A stretch of DNA of 64,000 bases, taken from Candidatus Kapaibacterium sp. GTDB taxonomy: Bacteria; Bacteroidota; Ignavibacteria; Kapaibacteriales; UBA2268. Shown here one piece after another: positions 21,517 to 33,102 of this stretch; position 1 is the stretch's first letter; the number at the start of each line of letters is the position of its first letter. The stretch covers positions 5,120,001 to 5,184,000 of the forward strand of contig OY762428.1 of assembly GCA_963665665.1 (NCBI GenBank). Direction: 5' to 3'. The translations under genes were made by a program, and so were the position numbers. The notes beneath the pieces were generated by a model. It ran no database searches and was not told the DNA's origin. It saw only the letters and a program-made list of their open reading frames with translations.

Positions 21517-22257
21517 CTACACAATTCCAAATAATTTAACTGCCATAATCAGAATTGCAACTATCATAACATATCTTACAAGTTTTTCTCCTTTTTTGAT
21601 TTGAAGCTTAGCAGCCCACCAGCCGCCAAAAGCATTTCCTGCGGCGAGTCCCAAACCAAGCTTCCAGTCAACATTATCAGTTATAAAAAATACTAATAAT
21701 GCAGGAATAGTATAGATCAGAACTATGAAAACTTTGTGCATATTAGTATTTACAAGATTCAGGCTTTTCAGATAATTTATGGCAGCCATCAGGATAAAAC
21801 CAACACCAACCTGAATAAATCCGCCATAGAATCCGATCAGGAACATTACAGGATAAATCAACCATGGGCGTTTAGCCTCAATTTCACTTTTTTTCTTTTT
21901 GGGTATAAGCATGTTAACCACAATGGCGATCATTACAATTCCGAGAATCATCTTGAAGGTTTCATCACCAATTTTCACGGCAGTAATAGCACCGATTATT
22001 CCTCCCGGCAGTGTGAAAACCGCCATTTTCATACTTTGCCCGAACTCTGAATAATTTTCTTTTTTGAATGAACTGATGGCTGCAATGTTCTGAACAAATA
22101 TTGCTACCCTGTTAGTTCCGTTTGCAAGAGTAGGGTTTAATCCCAGAAATATCAGCAATGGAAGTGTTAGCGTTGAACCGCCTCCTGCCATAACATTCAA
22201 AAATCCTGCAACAGAGCCGACTACAAATAATAGTAGTAAAATTAAAATATCGTCCAA
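21517..22257 (-). CDS. TauE/SafE family permease
   Basis: AGGGS..., ANGTNR, GFYGGFIQVGVG. Confidence 0.88.
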   Translation of the reverse strand: MDDILILLLLFVVGSVAGFLNVMAGGGSTLTLPLLIFLGLNPTLANGTNRVAIFVQNIAAISSFKKENYSEFGQSMKMAVFTLPGGIIGAITAVKIGDETFKMILGIVMIAIVVNMLIPKKKKSEIEAKRPWLIYPVMFLIGFYGGFIQVGVGFILMAAINYLKSLNLVNTNMHKVFIVLIYTIPALLVFFITDNVDWKLGLGLAAGNAFGGWWAAKLQIKKGEKLVRYVMIVAILIMAVKLFGIV

Positions 22258-22316
22258 AATTTACCTAAATATTGGTTGCAAATAATTCTAATATATTATT
22301 AAAACACATGGAGGGT

Positions 22317-23240
22317 TTATTTGTCCTTTTCATTCTTTATTTCTAGAATATCTTCGATGGATAAACCAGTAAGCCTTGATATTTCATCATCATTATAACC
22401 GCTGATGATCATAGTTTTAGCGATATTGATTTTGCTCTCGGTCATGCCTTTTTCTAATCCCTCTTTTCTACCCTCTTCTCTGCCTTCTTTTCTGCCCTCT
22501 TTTCTGCCCTCTACTCTACCTTGCCTTATTCCCTTCTCTATGGAATCAGATTTTATTGCTTTTTCAACTCTTACAGCATCCCAGTACCTGTCATAGACCT
22601 CAAGTTCATCCTTAGTGTAGCTGGATTCCTCAAGAATTTCAATAGCTTTCCTGATTTTATCATTTTCGGGAGATTCTTTAATTGCGGGGTTTTCATTATC
22701 AAATTCAGTCAGGAAACGCAGCCATAAAACAGCCATACGTTTTTCTGCAATTGTTTCGGGTTTAAATTTGGGAAGTTCTATAAAAACAAATTCCAAACCT
22801 TCTATTCTGTCTTCACTATTTTCAATATTCACAATTCTGTAATGATGGTAAAAATCAGTTTCATCAGGAAGATAATTGTCATTAACCAAATTCAGTGAAT
22901 ATACAGGGCACATTGATTTAAATTCTTTGCCTCTTTCCAATTGGCTGACATAAGCCTTTGATGCATTAAGCAACACTCTTACTTTAAAACTGTCCGTCCA
23001 GTGCATTTGCATTTCGATAATAAACTGTCGTCCGGAATTATCTATACACCGAACGTCAACTATTGAATTTTTTACTCCCGGTGTAATTGGGACTAACTCG
23101 GGTGACAAATACTCAAGACTTTCGATAAATTGGCCGTCATCGAAAGGCATTAGTGCGTTTAGAAAGCTAATTAGCAAATCAGGGTTTTCACCGAAAACCT
23201 TTTTGAAAGTCAGGTCGTTTTTTGGATCCAGGTAGCGCAT
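22317..23240 (-). CDS. Rpn family PD-(D/E)XK nuclease (putative transposase family)
   Basis: LDPKNDLTFKKVFG, SIVDVRC, IIEMQ, FIELPKF, EGRK repeats, C-terminal IAK.M...I..LTGL. Confidence 0.9.
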   Translation of the reverse strand: MRYLDPKNDLTFKKVFGENPDLLISFLNALMPFDDGQFIESLEYLSPELVPITPGVKNSIVDVRCIDNSGRQFIIEMQMHWTDSFKVRVLLNASKAYVSQLERGKEFKSMCPVYSLNLVNDNYLPDETDFYHHYRIVNIENSEDRIEGLEFVFIELPKFKPETIAEKRMAVLWLRFLTEFDNENPAIKESPENDKIRKAIEILEESSYTKDELEVYDRYWDAVRVEKAIKSDSIEKGIRQGRVEGRKEGRKEGREEGRKEGLEKGMTESKINIAKTMIISGYNDDEISRLTGLSIEDILEIKNEKDK

Positions 23241-23308
23241 AAAATGCTCCGTCTAAATCAAATGATTATATTTAAAAAACGTATTTTTCAAATAGTTATT
23301 ACAATATT

Positions 23309-26769
<3,461 letters not shown>

Positions 26770-26863
26770 TTTACCGCCGATGAAATCAAGTTGCAATTAT
26801 TAAATTTATTAAAGATAAAAAAAAACTTTAAAATTAAAGTATATATATTCTTAAAATTCAAAG

Positions 26864-26898
26864 AAAAAAGCCCGATATTATCAGTTATTCGGGCTTTT
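26864..26898 (-). terminator. Intrinsic terminator after purB
   Basis: AAAAGCCCGA...TCGGGCTTTT. Confidence 0.7.
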
Positions 26899-26918
26899 AT
26901 TTCAATTTCTTTAGCCTC

Positions 26919-28217
26919 TTACTTATTCAGGCCGCATCTTTCGAAAATATAGTCAGCACTTTCGATTACTCTGTCATTAACGAACAGAGCTTTTATTTCT
27001 CCTTCGCTGATATATTTCATTAATTCTTCGTTTTCGAGTACTGTATCAAGGAATGGAATTTTCTCGTTGAATGTTTTCATGGCAGAGCGCTGTACAAGAA
27101 CATATGCTTCCTGGCGTTTCATTCCTCTTTTGGCTAATTCAAGAAGAATTTTCTGAGAATAAATTAAGCCGTTTGAAAGTTCAAGGTTTTTCTTCATATT
27201 TTCGGGATAGACTACCAGGTTGTCTATCAGTTTGATTGCTTTATTCATGATATAATCCAGAGAAATTGTGGAATCAGGAAGAATCACTCTTTCCACGCTG
27301 CTGTGGGAAATATCTCTTTCATGCCAAAGTGCATTATTTTCAATGGCGGCGAGGGCATTAGTCCTGAGCAATCTTGCCTGCCCGCTGATATTTTCTGATG
27401 TTATAGGGTTCCTTTTATGGGGCATCGCCGATGAACCTTTCTGGCCTTTAGAGAAAAATTCTTCGGCTTCGTTAACTTCAGTTCTTTGCAGGTGGCGTAT
27501 TTCAATTGCAATTTTTTCAAGCATCGAGCCACAAAGTGCTATAACATTAAGGAAATATGCATGACGGTCGCGCTGAACTATCTGTGTTGAAACCGGGTCC
27601 GGTTTCAGGCCGAGTTTTTCACATACATAGTTTTCAACGTCGGGGGAAAGGTGCTCGTAAGTACCTACAGCACCGCTGATCTTGCCATAAGATACCTGCT
27701 GCAGGGCCTGTTCCATTCTTTCGATATTGCGTTTACATTCCTCGTACCAAACACAAACTTTCAGTCCGAAAGTAGTGGGTTCTGCATGAATGCCATGGCT
27801 GCGGCCAATACATAAGGTGTGTTTGTGTTCTTTGGCTTTTTTTGCAAGTACGGATTTCAGGGTTTTCAGGTCTTCCAGCAGTAATTCACCTGCCTGTTTT
27901 AGCTGAACAGCGTTACATGTGTCCAGTACATCGCTTGATGTCATGCCAAGATGTATGTGCCTTGAGGGAGCACCAACATATTCTTCAACGTTAGTAAGGA
28001 ATGCAATAACGTCATGCTTTGTAACTTCTTCAATTTCAAGAATTCTGTCTACGTTAAAATCAGCTTTTTCGCGAATAATCTTTACATCTTCTTCTGGTAT
28101 CAGGCCTTGCCTGGCCTGTGCTTCGCAAGCAAGAATTTCAATTTCAAGCCAAATAGAGAATTTATTCTGATCTGTCCATATTCTGCCCATTTCCGGTCTG
28201 GTGTATCTTGCAATCAT
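26919..28217 (-). CDS. purB: Adenylosuccinate lyase
   Basis: TKHDVIAF, GRSHGIHAEPTTFG, GSSAMPHKRNP, WHERDISHSS. Confidence 0.97.
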   Translation of the reverse strand: MIARYTRPEMGRIWTDQNKFSIWLEIEILACEAQARQGLIPEEDVKIIREKADFNVDRILEIEEVTKHDVIAFLTNVEEYVGAPSRHIHLGMTSSDVLDTCNAVQLKQAGELLLEDLKTLKSVLAKKAKEHKHTLCIGRSHGIHAEPTTFGLKVCVWYEECKRNIERMEQALQQVSYGKISGAVGTYEHLSPDVENYVCEKLGLKPDPVSTQIVQRDRHAYFLNVIALCGSMLEKIAIEIRHLQRTEVNEAEEFFSKGQKGSSAMPHKRNPITSENISGQARLLRTNALAAIENNALWHERDISHSSVERVILPDSTISLDYIMNKAIKLIDNLVVYPENMKKNLELSNGLIYSQKILLELAKRGMKRQEAYVLVQRSAMKTFNEKIPFLDTVLENEELMKYISEGEIKALFVNDRVIESADYIFERCGLNK

Positions 28218-28249
28218 TTTGCACTCCGTTATTGAAAAAATTACAACTA

Positions 28250-28257
28250 CAAAAATA
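28250..28257 (-). promoter_or_regulatory. Bacteroidota-type -7 promoter box (TATTTTTG) upstream of purB
   Basis: Matches TAnnTTTG about 33 bp upstream of the ATG. Confidence 0.5.
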
Positions 28258-28363
28258 ATAAAATGTTGTTAATCGTTTATAACTAAAATTATTGTACACA
28301 GATTCTGAAATATATGGCTGTTTTTTTCTCGTTTTGTTTTTTTTGATTAATTATCGGTTTACA

Positions 28364-29236
28364 ATGGTAAAAACAGCATTATTATTTTGTCTGATTATAA
28401 TATCAGCGTCATCATCGCTTTTTTCAAATAAAAAAGATAAAATTGTAATTCTAAGTGATTTAACCGGCATCGAAATAGATAGTACTGAAAATCAGAATTT
28501 CAAAATATTTCATGATATGAAATCACTGAATTATGCGGTTTTTTTTGAAACAAATAAGCGTTTTCATTATGTTTATTATGTTGAAATGATCGACGGAAAT
28601 CCCCGGGAAGGTATTTTCTGGATTACTGAAGCCGAAATGCTTGACATCACAAAAAAAATTACCGGAAAGGATAAAGCTTTATATTCTGATTGGAAATTTG
28701 TTGATAATTTATCATTTCCAGGCGTTGAGAAATTACGTAATACAGATAAAAGCCGAAAAAATCTTAATGATCTAAGCGAAGAAGTCAATATCGAAAAAAT
28801 CAGGAAAAAGGCACAAAGAGATTTCTGGTATATTTATACTTATGAATTTATTTATGAAAAAGCCAGTCTTGATTATGTAGAAGACGATAAGCTTGCTATC
28901 TGGCTTGACGGAAAATTTTACTTGATAAACATTGAGGATATTGAATATATTAAGTACGATGCTAACAACAAATTCAGCCAGGTAGTATTCGGTGCACTAA
29001 CAGGCCTTGTAAGCGGAGCGATAATCGGGCATTTGAGCAATAATATTGCAGGTAATGATAACAGCAATTTTGGAAGAATGAATTCATCAACATATTACGG
29101 CGGGTTGTTTGGTTCAATTATTGGTGGGTCTATAGGGGCAGCTATTAAAACTGAAGACGATAATTATGACCTTTCGGGCAAATCTCTTAGGGAAAAAATA
29201 AATTTTATCTCGGATTTTCTTGTTGGGATTAATTAA
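28364..29236 (+). CDS. Hypothetical exported/membrane protein with C-terminal glycine-zipper-like helices
   Basis: Signal-like MVKTALLFCLIIISA; GALTGLVSGAIIG and GGLFGSIIGGSIGAA. Confidence 0.7.
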   Translation: MVKTALLFCLIIISASSSLFSNKKDKIVILSDLTGIEIDSTENQNFKIFHDMKSLNYAVFFETNKRFHYVYYVEMIDGNPREGIFWITEAEMLDITKKITGKDKALYSDWKFVDNLSFPGVEKLRNTDKSRKNLNDLSEEVNIEKIRKKAQRDFWYIYTYEFIYEKASLDYVEDDKLAIWLDGKFYLINIEDIEYIKYDANNKFSQVVFGALTGLVSGAIIGHLSNNIAGNDNSNFGRMNSSTYYGGLFGSIIGGSIGAAIKTEDDNYDLSGKSLREKINFISDFLVGIN

Positions 29237-29324
29237 AAAAAAGGTTGCATCTTTGCTTTCTGATTCGTAAATTGAATTTATGAATAGCCTGATAAGGGGT
29301 AGTAATAATAATGAATCAGGCGTG

Positions 29325-29352
29325 CCGGGGCGGAAGCCCCGGTTTTAATTTT
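29325..29352 (+). terminator. GC hairpin with GGAA loop and T tract
   Basis: CCGGGGC-GGAA-GCCCCGG-TTTTAATTTT. Confidence 0.65.
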
Positions 29353-29620
29353 CATAATAAATAAAATCCGAATCATAGCAGCGATGAAGAAATATTTAAT
29401 TCAAAGCACTGAATTTTCAAAAAAATGCAATCATCTTAAGGCGTTGCCTGTTCCGAGCTGTTCATATTATGTTTGTTTGCAGGGGAGTGGGATTTACCGG
29501 AAGGCTCCAAAAAATACTTATATGAATAGTCATCCCCGGTGTTATTTTTCAATAATAAGCCCTCCCGGCGTGATAGGGGAGGGCTTTTGAAGTAGGGGGA
29601 GGGGAGTTAAGATATTATAA

Positions 29621-31510
29621 TTATTCCACGGAAATCATTTCCGAACAAATGCTTTCTTTTGATTTGACAACAACAATATAGCTGCCGCCTGGCAGATCGC
29701 TGACATCAATATCAATCATATTATGATCATTATTAAACATACATTGGGTGGAAATGTATTGTTTGCCGGAATAGTCATAAATTTCGATATTGGCAATTCC
29801 GTGATCTCTGCATTTTATCTGTATGTTAATATTGTCTTTTGCAGGATTAGGGCTGATATTTTCAATAAAGATATCACCATTTATCGAAGTAACTGATTCA
29901 ACGCCAAGCGGAGTTGTGCTAACAGGAATCTTTGCCATGTATATATTCAGGTTGCCGTCATTTGTTCTGCCATCAGCCCAGAAAGGCATAGCATATTCGT
30001 CCGTACATACCATCTGGTTATATTCACCTATTCCAAAACCATTGTTCATATCGTCAGTTTTGTTCCAAATTGATGAACCCCCGCTTATCCTGAAATTATC
30101 AATAAAACTATTACCACCGTCAAAAGAATATGTCATCCAATATTCTGTTTCGCCGGTTTCCGGATTTGCTCTCTGGTCGTACCATGCAATTGCTACAACA
30201 CCATCAGGAGTAACAGCAAGAGAAGGATAAAAATTGTGGATTTTCATACTTTTATCGTCGTCGTGGATTACTTCTGCTTCGCTCCATGTTTCGCCGTTAT
30301 CGGTCGATCGTGAGAAATAAACATTAAGCCCTTTGCCAAGATCGGATGTAAAACCGTTTGCTGTCCATGAAAAATATAAGTTGCCGGAATTATCGCCTGA
30401 ACTTTTATCTATGGCAAACTGCGGGCATGGGTAAAGTCTTTCAAGCCCTTCAACAGATTCGGTTTCTCCAGCATTCGGGTTGGTTCCGTGTATATCAGAA
30501 ATTTTTACAGGAGTGCTGAAACTATGGCCGCCGTCCGTTGAAACAGTATGGTAAAACGCAACTCCTTTATCTCCAATTGAAAGGAAAGTTACATGCAGGT
30601 TCCCGAATTTGTCAACTTCAGGCATTGAAAATTGAAAACTCAGGTCATTCTGAGAAGATGGTTCCGATGAATTTTCATTGAAGAAATCATTGCTCGCTTC
30701 CTTAGTGAATAATTCAATAGCCACGTAAGGATCTTCACTGCTGCTGTCCATTGTAATTGTTGTTGCACTCAGGTAAAGATTATTTCTGTATTCTGAATCA
30801 GACTGGTCGCAAACCATCCATTGTTTGTCAGTAAATCTATCAAAGCTAATTCCTTCCGGATCATATAGCGTTCCGCATTTGCTATTGGGCAGTTCGTCAT
30901 TTTCAGGCCTTATCCAGTTTTCACCGCCGTCAGTTGATTTCGCCCAGTTCAGGATAACAAACACTGAATCAGGTTCCTGCTGCCCCATGTCATCAATCCT
31001 GAGTGTAACAAATAATTTTATCCACGACATATATGCTGTGCCGTCCGCATCGAATGCCAGAACAGGGTCACCTCCACCGGCATTATATGTTCCGGGGAAG
31101 TTTGAATTATTTGTAAAAGAACTTCTGTCCCAGGAATTTCCGCCGTCACGGGAATAATATACAGGGCAAAACATTCCTCCTGCACCATTGTATATCGGAC
31201 TAACAATAATATTGGTATTATCAGTCGGATTCATTGCAACTGTAATTTCAGATTCCGGGTGGTCCTTTTCTGACATTGGATTTTCTCCCTTATCGGAAAT
31301 AATATCTTTTGAATTTTTGCTATCGATTATATCCGGTATGTGAGATTCAAAATTTTCAGGCAGGCGTAGCTTTTCCTGTTCCCAGAAATGCATCAGATTT
31401 TTATTGATTTTTTTTATTAATCTTGCTTTGTCATAACCCTGAAGATTAACTGAATTCAAAAACAGAACTATTGCCAGTACAAAAGATGTTCTTATAAATA
31501 ACTTGTCCAT
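29621..31510 (-). CDS. BNR/Asp-box (sialidase-like) beta-propeller protein with T9SS sorting domain
   Basis: Asp-boxes SRDGGNSW, STDGGENW, STDGGHSF, STDNGETW, SFDGGNSF; C-terminal SPNPA...LPGGSY. Confidence 0.85.
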   Translation of the reverse strand: MDKLFIRTSFVLAIVLFLNSVNLQGYDKARLIKKINKNLMHFWEQEKLRLPENFESHIPDIIDSKNSKDIISDKGENPMSEKDHPESEITVAMNPTDNTNIIVSPIYNGAGGMFCPVYYSRDGGNSWDRSSFTNNSNFPGTYNAGGGDPVLAFDADGTAYMSWIKLFVTLRIDDMGQQEPDSVFVILNWAKSTDGGENWIRPENDELPNSKCGTLYDPEGISFDRFTDKQWMVCDQSDSEYRNNLYLSATTITMDSSSEDPYVAIELFTKEASNDFFNENSSEPSSQNDLSFQFSMPEVDKFGNLHVTFLSIGDKGVAFYHTVSTDGGHSFSTPVKISDIHGTNPNAGETESVEGLERLYPCPQFAIDKSSGDNSGNLYFSWTANGFTSDLGKGLNVYFSRSTDNGETWSEAEVIHDDDKSMKIHNFYPSLAVTPDGVVAIAWYDQRANPETGETEYWMTYSFDGGNSFIDNFRISGGSSIWNKTDDMNNGFGIGEYNQMVCTDEYAMPFWADGRTNDGNLNIYMAKIPVSTTPLGVESVTSINGDIFIENISPNPAKDNINIQIKCRDHGIANIEIYDYSGKQYISTQCMFNNDHNMIDIDVSDLPGGSYIVVVKSKESICSEMISVE

Positions 31511-32162
31511 GACTACTCTTTCATTTATTAAAAATATTGCTTCAATAATAGGAGTCATAGCATGGCTAAAAAGTTTCTTACAAATTCAGAAATAATTATT
31601 TTGAAATAAAATCAAAAACATAGAAGAGCAAGGTGCGGAAGCAAAGAAAGAAAACCACCCCGACTCGCTGCGCTCGCCACCCCTCAACGAGGGGAATTTT
31701 TATAAAATCAGCCATCCAGAAAGCGGCGTAGCCGCGACATTTTTGTAGAAAATCGATCCCGGGATTAACAACAGACCCGTCGGGGCGGCATTTATATATC
31801 AGATGTCGCTCCTACGGAGCTTTTTCCCTCCTTCCGAAGGAGGTGGCCGGGGGGAGGTAGGAAGGGTTAGAGGCAAATCACCGATGTTTGATGATATTTC
31901 CGCCCTGGCCGTAAGCAAAGCAAGAAAACCACCCCTATAATCCCCTCCTACATTAGGAGGGGATAAGAAGTTAAATATCATAGAATTAACTCCCCCTCCT
32001 TCCGAAGGAGGGGGCCGGGGGGAGGTAGGAAGGGGCGAAAGCAAAGCACCAAAGTTTTAACCTATTGCTGCCTTGTTCGGAATCATTGCCGCCTTGTTTG
32101 AAGATAATAAACTCTTGGTTGAAGCCATTGCAGCAATGTGTTGCTTTATTGCTGCCTTGGTT

Positions 32163-32309
32163 GGAGTCATTGATGCCTTGGTTGAAGTCATTGACGCCTT
32201 GGTCGGAGTCATTGACGCCTTGGTCGGAGTCATTGATGCCTTGGTCGGAGTCATTGATGCCTTGGTCGGAGTCATTGACGCCTTGGTCGAAGTCATTGAA
32301 CTCTTGGTC
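32163..32309 (-). repeat. 21-bp tandem array A (GRAGTCATTGAYGCCTTGGTY), 7 near-pure units
   Basis: Units start at 32163, 32184 ... 32289; degenerate in-phase units extend left to 31869. Confidence 0.95.
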
Positions 32310-32325
32310 GGAGGCAAAGAACATG

Positions 32326-32451
32326 TTCAGTAAGGTCAACCAAGTGTTCAGTAAGGTCAACCAAGTGTTCAGTAAGGTCAACCAAGTGTTCAATAAGGTC
32401 AACCAAGTGTTCAGTAAGGTCAACCAAGTGTTCAGAAAGGTCAACCAAGTG
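32326..32451 (+). repeat. 21-bp tandem array B (TTCAGTAAGGTCAACCAAGTG), 6 units
   Basis: Units at 32326 ... 32431; degenerate in-phase units extend to 32661. Confidence 0.95.
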
Positions 32452-33102
32452 TTCAATGAGGCCAAATTTCACTACATTAAGGCCAAACAGTAGTTCAATA
32501 ACTCCGGCCAAGGCAGTTTAAAGCCCTGCCAACAAAACATTTAGCCCAAACATTTGGATTCTGGTTCAAAACAGCGTTGAATTAAGGAAATTATTCGATT
32601 CATTGAAACCAGAAGATGGGGAATTAAGGCCGGCGGCCTGTTCATTGGGGTGGAAGAACGGGTAAACAGAGCAAAAGAATGAGGTATTATGTTGTCATTC
32701 TGACGGAGCGAAGCGACGGAAGAAACCATCTTTGTTTGCAGATAGTGTATGAAGAATCCACCCCGTCTCGCTGCGCTCGCCACCCCTCAACGAGGGGAAT
32801 TTTCCGGAAGTCCACCCCCGTCCTTCGGACACCCCCGCCAGCGGGGGACATTCCCATCCGTCATTCTGAACAAAGTGAAGAATCCATCTTTCTTTGCAGA
32901 TTAGGTATTAAGAATGGATTCTTCGCTGGCGCTCAGAATGACCTCCCCGACCATCGTCAAGTTCAATTGCCACGTGCTTTAGCTCGTGGATAAGGGCGCA
33001 AGGTTCGGAAGCAAGGAAAAGAATCCACCCCTGTAATTCCCTCCAAGGTAGGGGATGAAAACATCGCAGAATAGTAAATCCACGAGGATGGAAAATATCC
33101 GA

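Larger units (their letters stand above)
31625..33060. repeat. Composite palindromic 21-bp-lattice element, copy 1
   Basis: Shares both arrays, a 210-bp tail and the REP-like modules with 59011..61455. Confidence 0.9.

Noticed and set aside
22317-23240. Rpn gene as an IS element
   Set aside because: No terminal inverted repeats or target duplication are visible, and the family is not an established IS transposase.
29384-29590. 68-aa ORF on the plus strand
   Set aside because: No recognisable motif; it runs into a terminator-like hairpin and lies downstream of another. Not called as a CDS.
31986-32511. Heptad-repeat ORFs (TWLTLLN, SKVNQVF, VIDALVG and others) as real genes, also at 59812-60815
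   Set aside because: Nearly all frames on both strands are open only because the units lack stops. There is no convincing start context, and stops appear as soon as the units degenerate. Translation cannot be fully excluded.
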